This document shows positions 13,436 to 31,620 of a stretch of 43,403 nt of DNA, piece after piece. The translations under genes and the position numbers were made by a program. The stretch lies in the NCBI GenBank assembly GCA_964016885.1, contig CAXHJY010000423.1, positions 1-43,403 of the forward strand, written 5' to 3'. Position 1 is the stretch's first letter. Every line of letters starts with the position of its first letter. The DNA comes from Eledone cirrhosa. Lineage: Eukaryota. The notes beneath the pieces are model-generated. The model had not been told where the DNA came from and did no database searches. It saw nothing but the letters and a program-made list of their open reading frames with translations.

Positions 13436-13702
13436 TTCCCTTGCTTTTATCGAGAATCTAATTGTAATACGTGACGTATTCTATTCTATAGTGATTAGGT
13501 CTTCAAAATGTTTATTATAAACATACAGAATATTTTCGAATATTCTATGTCTATATTCATATATATATCGCTATTTCAGAGCATTTATTCCAATTTCTAA
13601 TTTCTGCCGGACCGGCAACCGCTCTTTCAAACCAGTTCCTGTACACAGCTAAGTATTCTATAAGTCTCTAGCTGTGTCATTCTCGATAAAAGCACTGGAT
13701 AT

Positions 13703-13745
13703 GTAGTCCTGATGAATTCTAACAAGAATGAAACGCGTAGATTAC
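13703..13745 (+). ncRNA. Minimal type-I hammerhead ribozyme (array copy 9)
   Basis: Same motif; predicted cleavage after 13739. Confidence 0.9.
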
Positions 13746-13886
13746 TTCCCTTGCTTTTATCGAGAATCTAATTGTAATACGTGACGTATTCTATTCTATA
13801 GTGATTAGGTCTTCAAAATGTTTATTATAAACATACAGAATATTTTCGAATATTCTATGTCTATATTCATATATATATATATATAT

Positions 13887-13920
<34 letters not shown>

Positions 13921-13929
<9 letters not shown>

Positions 13930-14131
13930 TAAACAAATAATGAATAAACAATGAAACAGTTCCTTATATTAAACAAAAAAAGTACATTATTTAACGATCG
14001 TTTCTAGGATATATATGTGTTAGAATTGGCATGCATATTCAACAGATCTATGTACAAAATTATACAAAATTATACAAACTATCAAGATTAAATATACATA
14101 CCAACACATATATACGCCGTCTTCAGAAATA

Positions 14132-14133
<2 letters not shown>
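13921..14133 (-). repeat. Dispersed repeat copy 2 (homologous to 64-278), carrying the long-stem-II hammerhead-like motif at 13986-14133
   Basis: Direct sequence match to 64-278; both ends merge into (TA)n. Confidence 0.85.
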
Positions 14134-16629
<2,496 letters not shown>

Positions 16630-16710
16630 ACGAAGGAAATGTGGTAAGGAACCAGGTGGACCATAACGCACCAAAGTACTCAATACTTGAGGTAGTAGAG
16701 TGGGTAATAG

Positions 16711-16805
16711 GAACCAGTAAGACCCCGACAGCTGAGCTCAAGCCGTTTGGACGTCCAGAATTAGCCGTCGAAACGGCTTGAGCTCAGCTGTCGGGGTCTT
16801 ACTGG

Positions 16806-16808
<3 letters not shown>
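16711..16808. repeat. Perfect 38-bp inverted repeat with 22-nt spacer, inside a 180-bp island (16630-16808)
   Basis: GAACCAGTAAGACCCCGACAGCTGAGCTCAAGCCGTTT at 16711-16748 and its reverse complement at 16771-16808. Confidence 0.93.
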
Positions 16809-16866
<58 letters not shown>

Positions 16867-16965
16867 GTATATATATGTATATATATATATGTATATATAT
16901 ATATGTATATATATGTATATATATATATGTATATATATGTATATATATATATGTATATATATATG

Positions 16966-17168
<203 letters not shown>

Positions 17169-17189
17169 GTACATATATATATATACATA

Positions 17190-17316
17190 TCATCATCATC
17201 ATCAGGTTTTGCGTCCGTGTTCCATGCTTGCATGGATTTGGACGGGGGTTTTCCCACTTGAGGCAAGAGTGGTTGTCTTGCTCGCATAGGACTGTCTGGC
17301 GGGTTTTCTACAGTTG
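17190..17316 (-). mobile_element. RTE LINE 3'-end fragment with (GAT)n tail
   Basis: Matches the first ~130 bp of 31269 onward (CATCATC...CGTCCGTGTTCCA.GCTTGCATGG). Confidence 0.88.
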
Positions 17317-17443
17317 AAAACTTATTGTTTTCGGTATGCCTGACCGATTTAACTCACTCAATATGCAAATTAGGCTGCTCAGCCGTTAATTTTCATAAGG
17401 AAAGTATATACTTTCGAACGTTCAACTATCTGGCAGATGGGTA

Positions 17444-17488
17444 AACGGTGCTGATGATAGCTAACAAGCTTGAAACTAGTACATCGTT
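17444..17488 (+). ncRNA. Minimal type-I hammerhead ribozyme (solitary, different family)
   Basis: AACGGTG-CTGATGA-tAGCT-AACA-AGCTt-GAAA-CTAG-TA^CATCGTT. Stem I is 7 bp (one G.U), stem II is 4 bp, and stem III is the palindrome ACTAGT. Confidence 0.82.
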
Positions 17489-17793
17489 CCTGTGTCAGTG
17501 TTGAACAAAAAGGTGACGTGGTTGCCTTAACACCGTATGGCATAAATTCAGGCTGTTCAGTTTGTTGACAAACGAACAAAGCAGCGCTATAATAAGCGCC
17601 TGCTAAACTGATGCGTGCATATATGTATGTGTACCTGCATGTATGTATATATATATATATATATATATATACATGCTACTGTACGTCTGTATACATATAT
17701 GTATGTACGTATACATACATACTTACATTTAAGTAAGTGCCATACTAAGAGTGAGAAATGAAATTTCGTTTTTCGTTTTCATTTTTTTCAACC

Positions 17794-19289
<1,496 letters not shown>

Positions 19290-19290
<1 letters not shown>

Positions 19291-19953
19291 AAGGAAAAAA
19301 TTAGAGATAAGAGGGATCAGATGTTGTTTACTCGAGAGAAGGCTACGTTGGTATGGACACGTGATGCGCATGAAAGTCGATAGCTGTATAACAAAGTGCA
19401 GGGCAATAAAGATAGACGGTAGTCACGGAATAGGCAGACCTAGAAAAACCTGGGACGAGCTGATAAACTCCGACATCACACACTTACACCTCTCCAAGAC
19501 AATGTCACTGGACCGAGACCTTTGGCGGTACTCAGTAACAGAGAAGACCCGCCTTACCTAAATATATAGTAAAACCTACTCCAGCCAGTAGGCATCTCTA
19601 ACAAAATACACCCCGTCCCACCACCACCACCCCCACCCGATCCACACCACCCCGTTCTATGTAAAGTTATGTTGGTGCCGCGCCATCGAGGCCGAAACAA
19701 ATGAGATCGTGTAGGTGTCACGACAAAAAAACACACAGTCCACGCTGTAATGTGGCCGTGTAGGCAACACGGTAAAAACCTCCCAGACCCACACTGTAAA
19801 TGTGGTTGGTGTTAGGAAGGGCATCCAACTGTAGAAAACCTGCCAGACAGTCCTATGCGAGCAAGACAATCACTCTTGCCTCAAGTGGGACTACCCCCGT
19901 CCAAACCCATGCAAGCGTGGAACACGGACGTTAAACGTTGATGATGATGATGA

Positions 19954-19954
<1 letters not shown>
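19290..19954 (+). mobile_element. RTE LINE, 5'-truncated copy (last ~88 codons, 3' UTR, (GAT)n tail)
   Basis: [27 protein letters not shown]...GRPRKTW...EKTRLT* matches the C-terminus of the 1092-aa ORF. It ends GGACGTTAAACGTTGATGATGATGATGAT. Confidence 0.95.
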
Positions 19955-21813
<1,859 letters not shown>

Positions 21814-21982
21814 ATCATCATCATCAACGTTTAACGTCCGTGTTCCACGCTTGCATGGGTTTGGACGGGGGTAGTCCCACTTGAGGCAAGAGTGATTGTC
21901 TTGCTCGCATAGGACTGTCTTGTAGGTTTTCTACAGTTGGATGCCCTTCCTAACACCAACCACATTTACAGTGTGGGTCTGG
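21814..21982 (-). mobile_element. RTE LINE 3'-end fragment with (GAT)n tail, fused to the CR1 fragment
   Basis: Matches 31269-31443 up to ...GTGTGGGTCTGG. Confidence 0.92.
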
Positions 21983-24116
21983 AGTACACCGCTAGCCAAG
22001 GAGCATCTGAAGAGCATCTCCAGTGGAGTTGCTAAGGCCCGCTTACATATTTTTAAGAGAACTGCTGGGAATCCATCAGGTCCAGCAGCCGAGTCTGTTC
22101 TAATTTCACCAATGGCGTACACCACATCCTCCTCCGTTATGTCTATGTGGTTGATGGTTGCCATTTCTTGATGTAGTGTTGTGGCATCAAAGAACTCCTC
22201 TGGCTTCGTTATTTGCATGTGCCTCAGTGGACATGTGAAGACACTTTTGTACTGTTCGTTCAGTATTTCACATATCTCTTGGGGGTTTTCTGTTAATGAA
22301 CCGTCCGTGTGGAAGAGCGGCCCAATCTTGCAGTGTACTGAGGCAGTTTCTTTTGCAAATTTAAAGAAGGCCTTAGGGTTTGTTTTAATGTTTTCTATGG
22401 CCCTGTTCTCTTCTTTGCCCTCTCATTCTCATGTGAAAGTTTGAGTGCAATCTCGGTGTCAAGTAGTGCACGTTTCAAATAGGATTCCTTCTTGTTTTGG
22501 TTTTGTTGACTATTCAACTGGTTTGAGAGTTTAGTTCTACGTCTCATAAGGATTTTCCTATCTCTGGGAAATAAGATTTTTGTGTCTGTTTGCCTCTTTC
22601 TCCGGGACAAACTTTTTGCATATAGTGTGTATCGTTGTCATGAAGTGTTGAAATTGTGTGGCTGTGTTTTCACTCCATGTTTGCTTCCGGATTTCACTCT
22701 TAATCTTTTTCCAGTTAGCCTTGTAGAAGTTAAGGCTGGATAGCGTCCCGGAGCTTCTTGGTGGTTTTGTCTCTGTTGGTTCTCTTGGACCACATATCAT
22801 TAGCTCTACCAAGTTATGATCTGAGAGAATTGTTGGTGTCACCTTTACATTGTGGATGAGCACTTCGTTGTTTGTAAAACAGAGGTCCAGGACATTTTCG
22901 CCTCTTGTTGGGAGGAGTATTGCTTGCTCCATGAACAGCCTGTGTGTGAGGGCCAGCAGGGATTCCGTCTGTGTCTGTTCTATTGAAGTCTCCCAGCAGT
23001 AGGATGTTGAGACCCTGGTCCAGTTTGTCAAGGACCTCTTCTATCCTACTTAGGCTATCCTCAAATGACTGGGGCATCGGGCGGCCGATATGTGACACAT
23101 ATTACTGTCTGTAGTTGCTTCATATGTATTATCAGTGTGTCACAGACTGAGTTTGAATGTGTCAACAGTACAATTGTGTGACATCTTCACGGATATACAG
23201 AGCAACCCCACCATGAGTTCTCTCCTTCCTGTCCGAAACGAAATACAGTATATTTCGGTATATGTATTTCTGCATCTGCTATACTGCTTGTCAGGTGCGT
23301 TTCGGTTAGTGCCATGCATAGTGCTTGATTGCTTATGGCTAAGTCTCCCAGGTAGGAAATTTTACTCATGTTACTGAGTTTCACCAGGCCCCTGACATTC
23401 AGCAGCAGCACTGGTGTGACTTTTGGGGTGCCAGTAATGGCTGTCGGTATGACACCTGGTCTGGTGTCAGCGGCGGCCACTCTGGGTCCCTTAACTGTGG
23501 TGGTCTCGAGTGCTGGTGTGGATGACCCTGGCTCTGGAGACGATGCAGCCAGGTCAGCTGTCTCACAATCTTCTCTGCCATCACTAAAAAATTTTTCTGA
23601 TCTGCTGCTGCCATCTGTATCTCGTCGGCATGTGCGTGCCTTCTCCTTGTTGGTACGGCACGCGCGACATCAGCATACTTCTGGAGTGGCTTATTTCGGC
23701 TTTGGCTGGGGCATGTTGCGCGAGTATGATGGGCATAGTTCGTTTGAGACCTAGGGTGGGCGAATCTGCATCCCATCCCTGTCTCTCCATGCCAGCATGT
23801 CCCGTTCTTGAAAAACTTGCTCATTACTTGGGTTTTTTTGCTCCCAGTGTCTCAGTGCTTTCTGTTCCTTTGAACAGTTGTCCACTGGTCCCTCTGCGCT
23901 TGGTTCTCCTTCGGAAGGTGATTTCGCTTTTCACCTTTGCCCTTTTCTTGTTGGTTGCCCGGCTGCCCTCCCTGTCTGTGGCGGAGGGTATATCATTTTC
24001 TTTCAGGTCCGTGCTTGTGCTCTCCTCCTTTTCTTTTTCCTCTTCCTTTTTCCCTCTCCTTCTCCTCATCCCTCTCTTCGGTTTTCTCCTCCCTGAGGAC
24101 ACGGCTTAGCATCGCC
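21983..24116 (-). mobile_element. Degenerate CR1-group LINE 5' half (ORF1 with CCCH-like finger, APE endonuclease, start of RT)
   Basis: Broken frames read KFFKNGTCWHGETGMGCRFAHP (ORF1-like), LLLNVRGL, MALTETHL, LLLGDFN, PTRGENVLDLCFTN, LSDHNLV, NFYKANW and AAGPDGFPAVLLK. There are many frameshifts, and the family differs from that at 7049-9523. Confidence 0.85.
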
Positions 24117-24245
24117 ATATGTGTATGTATATATATGTATATATATATATGTATGTATGTATATGTATGTATATATGTGTATGTATGTATATGTATGTAT
24201 ATATGTGTATGTATGTATGTATGTATATATATGTATGTATGTATG

Positions 24246-24279
<34 letters not shown>

Positions 24280-24889
24280 TGTATGTATATATATATATAT
24301 ATGTATGTATATATATATATATATATGTATGTATATATATATATATATATATGTATGTATATATATATATATATGTATGTATATATATATATATATGTAT
24401 GTATATATATATATATATGTATGTATGTATATATATATATATATGTATGTATGTATATATATATATATGTGTATGTATGTATATATATATATATATGTGT
24501 ATGTATGTATATATATATATATGTGTATGTATGTATATATATATATATGTGTATGTATATATATATATATGTGTATGTATGTATATATATATATATGTGT
24601 ATGTATGTATGTATATATATGTATGTATGTATGTATATATATATGTGTATGTATGTATATATATATGTGTATGTATGTATGTATATATATATGTGTATGT
24701 ATGTATGTATATATATATGTGTATGTATATATATATATGTGTATGTATATGTGTATGTATATATATATATGTGTATGTATATGTGTATATATATATATAT
24801 ATATGTGTATGTATATGTGTATATATATATATGTATATATGTATATATATATATGTATGTATATATGTATATATATATATGTATATATG

Positions 24890-24921
<32 letters not shown>

Positions 24922-25476
24922 TATGTATGTATATATATATATATATGTATGTATGTATATATGTGTATGTATGTATGTATATATGTGTATGTATGTATAT
25001 ATGTATATATGTGTATGTATGTATATATGTATATATGTATGTATGTATATATATATATATGTATGTATATATGTATATATATATATATATATGTATGTAT
25101 ATATGTATATATGTATGTATATATGTATATATATATATATATGTATGTATATATGTATATATATGTATGTATATATGTATGTATATATGTATGTATATAT
25201 GTATGTATATATGTATGTATATATATATATATATGTATATATGTATATATATGTATGTATATATGTATATATATGTATGTATATATGTATATATGTATAT
25301 ATATGTATGTATATATGTATATATGTATGTATGTATATATGTATGTATGTATATATGTATATATGTATATATGTATATATGTATGTATGTATGTATATAT
25401 GTATGTATGTATATATGTATGTATATGTATATATGTATATATGTATGTATGTATATATGTATATATGTATGTATAT
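24117..25476. repeat. (TA)n/(TATG)n compound microsatellite
   Basis: Direct reading of the sequence. Confidence 0.97.
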
Positions 25477-26054
25477 ATGTATCCCAGTACAACCTGTCCC
25501 ATGGTCGGGTCGTTGGCGACTAAACTGGCAACCCCACCAAGGTTTCTTGGTGAGGAGGGTGACTTTGGACATCCTGCAGGACTAAAAACAAAACCTGTCA
25601 AAGGGCAAAGGAGCTCTTAAGAGTCAATGGCCATCCAAAATCACCGGGAGAGATGACCCCTTAGCCTTTGTCAAGGCAGAATTCTAGGAGAAGGAAAACT
25701 CTGATATAATACCTGCAACCCTGATGGTATCCAATGATGTTGACTTGTTCTTCTTTTTGGTAAATATCATCTTGGTTAAGAGAGTGGGACTGGCTTTGTG
25801 CAGTGCCTTTGCTCACTATAAAAACTTCACGGCACAGGCATTGCTTTATATCTGGAGATCTCTCTGCACTTGTCATCACATGGTACCATGGGCCCAGCAC
25901 TATGTGTCAATAATTGTCACAAGTGTAGTGTTTGTACCAGAGTTTTCAAGTCGCTGGCTGGACTAAAAAGTCACATTCGTTCAGCGCATCGGTAGGGGTT
26001 CTTCTGCATGGATATAAAGTAGTGGCCGTACTCGAAAACGAGTTGGCAGCCACC
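25477..26054 (+). mobile_element. Non-autonomous RTE-type short element, copy 2 (same 5' inversion as copy 1, ~25 bp shorter)
   Basis: Collinear with 3630-4208, with about 8 substitutions seen. It has the same GGGAGAGA|TGACCCC junction at ~25654. Confidence 0.8.
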
Positions 26055-26126
26055 ATATATGTATGTATGTATGTACGTATATATATATGTATGTATGTAT
26101 GTATATATATATGTATGTATATATGT

Positions 26127-26157
<31 letters not shown>

Positions 26158-26407
26158 TATGTATGTATGTATGTATATATATATGTATGTATATATGTAT
26201 ATATATATGTATGTATATATGTATATATATATATGTATGTATATATGTATATATATATATATGTATGTATATGTATATATGTATATATATATATATGTAT
26301 GTATATGTATATATGTATATATATATATATGTATGTGTATGTGTATATATATATATGTGTATATATATATATGTGTATATGTATATATATGTGTGTATAT
26401 ATATATA

Positions 26408-26438
<31 letters not shown>

Positions 26439-26905
26439 GTGTGTGTATATATGTGTGTATATATGTATGTATATGTGTGTATATATGTATGTATGTATGT
26501 GTGTATATATGTATGTATGTATGTATATATGTGTGTATATATGTATGTATATATGTGTGTATATATGTATGTATATATGTATGTATATATGTATGTATAT
26601 ATGTATGTATATATATATGTGTATGTATATATAGATGTATATATGTATGTATATATATATATGTATGTATATATATATATGTATATATGTATATATATAT
26701 GTATATATGTATATATATATGTGTATATATGTATGTATGTATATATATATATATGTGTATGTATATATAGATGTATATATATATGTGTATGTATGTATGT
26801 ATGTATATATATATGTGTATGTATATATAGATGTATATATATATGTGTATATATGTATGTATATATATATATATGTGTATGTATATATAGATGTATATAT
26901 GTATG

Positions 26906-26937
<32 letters not shown>

Positions 26938-27344
26938 TGTGTGTATGTATATATAGATGTATATATGTATGTATATATATATGTATATATATATATATAT
27001 TTGTGTATGTATATATAGATGTATATATGTATGTATATGTATATATGGATGTATATATATATGTATATATATATATATATTTGTGTATGTATAGATAGAT
27101 GTATATATGTATATATATATATATGTATGTATGTGTGTATATATATATATATATGTATATATATATGTATATGTATATATATATGTATATGTATATATAT
27201 ATGTGTATGTATATATATATGTGTATGTATATATAGATGTATGTATGTATTTATGTGTATGTATGTGTATATGTATGTGTATGTGTATATGTATGTATAT
27301 ATATATATATATGTATATATAGATGTATATATGTATGTATATAT
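26055..27344. repeat. (TA)n/(TATG)n compound microsatellite
   Basis: Direct reading of the sequence. Confidence 0.97.
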
Positions 27345-29406
27345 ATCATCATCATCAACGTTTAACGTCCGTGTTCCACGCTTGCATGGGTTTAGACGGG
27401 GGTTTTCCCACTTGAGGCAAGAGTGATTGTCTTGCTCGCATAGGACTGTCTGGCAGGTTTTCTACAGTTGGATGCCCTTCCTAACACCAACCACATTTAC
27501 AGTGTGGGTCTGGGAGGTTTTTACCGTGTTGCCTACATGGCCACATTACAGCGTGGACCGTGTGTTTTTTTGTCGTGACACCTACACGATCTCATTTGTT
27601 TCGGCTTGGATGGCGCGGCACCAACATAACTTTACATAGAAGGGGGCGGTGTGGATGGGGTGGGGGTGGTGGGACGGGGGTGTATTTTGTTAGAGATGCC
27701 TACTGACTGTAGTAGGTTTTACTTTGTATTTAGGTAAGGCGGGTCTTCTCTATTACTGAGTACCGCCAAAGGTCTCGGTCCAGTGACATTGTCTTGGTGA
27801 GGTGTAAGTGTGTGAGGTCGGAGTTTATCAGCTCGTCCCAGGTTTTTCTGGGTCTGCCTATTCCGTGGCTACCGTCTATCTTTATTGCCCTGCACTTTGT
27901 TATACAGCTATCGTCCTTCATGCGCATCACGTGACCATGCCAACGTAGCCTTCTCTCTAGTAAACAACATCTGATCCCTCTTATTTCTAATTTTTTCCTT
28001 AGTTCGTTTATGCGTTGTCGTTCACGTATATTACTATTACACATCCAGCGGAGCATGCAATCTTCGTTCCTCTCTACTCTGCGTATATCCTCTGCACACA
28101 ATGCCCAGGTCTCACTGCCATGCAACATTGCTGTTCGTATGCAGGCATCGTACAACCTGCCTTTCATTTTTAGGGAGAACCCTTTAGCGGCTAATAGTGG
28201 TATAAGCTCTCTGAACTTTTTCCATCCAGTTCTGACTCTAGCTACTGTACTTTCAGAGCACCCCCCCCCCCCACTGCTGATTTTGTCACCCAGGTAACGG
28301 AAGCTGTCCACTATTTCTATAGAACCCTCTGCGCAGTTGAAAGAGCTAGTATTTTGTGGGCACTTGCTGCTACTTATTGCCCCAGAACACCGGCCACATG
28401 TAAAATCTATATTCTTAGTTAGCTTACCTGTGATCCCACTACATCTTTTATGCACCCAAACTTTGCATTTGGGACACAAAATGGAATTTCTACCTACGCC
28501 TTTCCTACACTCTGCGCATGGCCACTTCCCGGAGGGGACAGCCGCCTTATTTTTTTTCTTACAAACTAGAACTTTAGTCTTAGCCAGGTTAATTTTAAGG
28601 CCTTTTGATTCTAGGCCGTGCTTCCATGTTTGGAATTTCTACTCTAGCTCGGCCATTGATTCAGCTATGAGCATTAGATCATCTGCGTATAGGAGTTCCC
28701 ATGGGCAGCCGGTCTTGAACTCCACTGTTATAGCCTGGAGGGCAATAATAAATAGTAGGGGGCTAAGAACAGAGCCCTGATGAACACCAACTTTTACACT
28801 AAACTCTTCACTATATTCGTTGTTAATTCTAACCTTGCTGACTGTTTCTTTATACATGGCTTGTATAGCTCTCACAAGCCATTCATCAACACCTAGTTTT
28901 CTAAGAGCCCACCAGATAATGGAACGGGGTCTCTGTCGAAGGCCTTCTCCAAGTCGACGAAAGCTAAGTATAGGGGTTTACTTTTAGCTAGGTACTTCTC
29001 CTGTAGTTGTCGTACAATGAAAAGAGCGTCTGTGGTACTTTTTCCTGACACAAACCCGAACTGCATTTCATCTAGATCAATTCGCTCTCTGATTAGTTGC
29101 GCTATTACTTTTTCCGTGACCTTCATGACCTGGTCGATTAATTTAATGCTTCTATAGTTACTCCTATCTAGGGCATCTCCTTTACCCTTATAACAGTTAA
29201 CGATAATGCTGCTACGCCAGTCCTTCGGAACAACCCCATTCTGTATGACTTGGTTGACTATCCGGGTGACCATGGTGTGTCCCACCGTACCAGATGCCGC
29301 CTTGCCTGTCTTCATATCTTTGATTGCCTTACTTATTATACTACCCTCGACTAACACTGCTGGTCCCTCTATTGGGTCGATGTGGGGGAGACTGTCTTTC
29401 TCCCAT
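27345..29406 (-). mobile_element. RTE LINE, 5'-truncated degenerate copy (RT, PHD-like finger, 3' UTR)
   Basis: Collinear with 31269-33343. The ORF is split into 28893..29681, 28639..28875 and 27730..28479 by small indels, and a ~33-bp deletion lies near 29298. Confidence 0.95.
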
Positions 29407-29479
29407 ATATGTATATATGTATATATATATAAATGTATATATATATAAATGTATATATATATATATGTATATATAAATG

Positions 29480-29528
<49 letters not shown>

Positions 29529-29571
29529 GTATATATATATATGTGTCAATATATATATGTGTATATAAATG

Positions 29572-29620
<49 letters not shown>

Positions 29621-29875
29621 GTGTCAATATATATATGTGTATATATATGTATATATGTATATATATATATATATGTGTCAATATATATATGTGTATATAT
29701 ATGTATATATGTATATATATATATATATATGTATATATATGTATATATGTATATATATATATATATATGTGTATATATGTATATATGTATATATATATAT
29801 ATATATGTATATATATGTATATATGTATATATATGTATATATATGTATATATGTATATATATGTATATATATGTA

Positions 29876-29956
<81 letters not shown>

Positions 29957-29989
29957 GTATATATACATATGTATATATATGTATATATA

Positions 29990-30420
29990 TTAAGAGAGTA
30001 AAACAAAGAATCCTTTAATACATCAAAAGTTTTTATTATCCGACAATGTTTTGTCCTATTAAGGACTCATCAGGGCAATCAAAACAACAAGAGGTAATAT
30101 CGGCAGATACAAGCCAGAAACTCTGAAGAATATGGAGTGTACATACACTAATGTCTTACAAAGATATACGATAATAAAAATGAAAATAAAGATAAAAATA
30201 ATAAAAATATATAATAAGAATAACTAAGGATGTAGATAACATTAAGAACCATATTACAAATATAGTCCAAAGCAACCAACCTAAATCTAAACAAATTTGG
30301 TTATATAGAGCAGGAATTATATATAACACAATATAATACATTATAATAATAATATACTTTTACCAACTTTAAAATTCCAAATTAAAAATCAAAAGGTACA
30401 ATATATACATGTATAAATGT

Positions 30421-30459
<39 letters not shown>

Positions 30460-31200
30460 ACAACACACATATCTATGTTCGACTACACAGAAATTAAGCC
30501 CTAATAAGAAGTTTGAATATTAAAAATATGCATGGTAATAGTGAAAATAATACTAATACATCTACCCAATATACATGAGGCAATAATATGATATAATTAC
30601 AAGAAACACATATAACAAATAATAAACAACAAAATTATATAATTCAATATAATATAATAAAATAAAATAGAATAGATAATCCCCGGTTAATTTACAGAAA
30701 CAATATAGATGTCACAATGAAATACAATGATAAAATGTTAACAGTATATTAACATGTACCATAAACAATATATACAAATTGATTCATACTGGGTTACAGA
30801 ATAAATGAGGAAATATAAATCATATAATACTCAAAAAAACTATAATGGTACAGGGAAAAATTAAGATGTTACAGAAAAAAATATGATGTTACAGAAAAAA
30901 ATATACAGACATCTAACATGATATGTAAAGTCTAAATATCATAATGTTACATATTATAATATTAAAAAAATCCAGACATCTTACATGATATATATAAAGT
31001 TTAAAAATCATAATGTTACATATAATGAACAGTAAGTAATAATGATCTATATAACATACAATATAATATAATATATTTTAAAATTGGCATAAAATATATA
31101 AATACTTATAATTACAAGGTTAGTAGACAGACATATGTGGATGGGTGAGCGAAGCCAGACAGTGAATAGTAAATAGAATATAGAATAAAACAAATAAATA
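29990..31200 (-). mobile_element. AT-rich probable PLE 3' UTR/pLTR remnant
   Basis: Non-coding AT-rich island between (TA)n tracts with a hammerhead-like core ~45 nt from its left end. There is no ORF evidence. Confidence 0.45.
30035..30079 (-). ncRNA. Degenerate type-I hammerhead (GAAA changed to AAAA)
   Basis: Minus strand reads ATTGCC-CTGATGA-GTCCT-TAAT-AGGAC-aAAA-CATTG-TC^GGATAAT. Stem II is a perfect 5 bp, but the catalytic G12 is replaced by A. Confidence 0.7.
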
Positions 31201-31620
31201 CAATATATGTATATATATATATATATGTGTATATATGTATATGTATATATATATATGTATATATATGTATCATCATCATCATCATCAACGTTTAACGTCC
31301 GTGTTCCACGCTTGCATGGGTTTGGACGGGGGTAGTCCCACTTGAGGCAAGAGTGATTGTCTTGCTCGCATAGGACTGTCTGGCAGGTTTTCTACAGTTG
31401 GATGCCCTTCCTAACACCAACCACATTTACAGTGTGGGTCTGGGAGGTTTTTACCGTGTTGCCTACACGGCCACATTACAGCGTGGACTGTGTGTTTTTT
31501 GTCGTGACACCTACACGATCTCATTTGTTTCGGCCTGGATGGCGCGGCACCAACATAACTTTACATAGAACGGGGTGGTGTGGATGGGGTGGGGGTGGTG
31601 GCGGGACGGGGTGTAGTTTG

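Larger units (their letters stand above)
12320..13870 (+). mobile_element. Retrozyme-like tandem array, right arm: 5 copies of the same 310-bp unit in inverted orientation
   Basis: Reverse complement of the left-arm unit. Only a 1-bp deletion (~13130) and one substitution (~13285) were seen. It ends in (TA)n. Confidence 0.92.

Noticed and set aside
11031-13870. CRISPR array or plain satellite
   Set aside because: The units are identical over their full 310 bp with no unique spacers, the context is eukaryotic, and the hammerhead in each unit explains it better.
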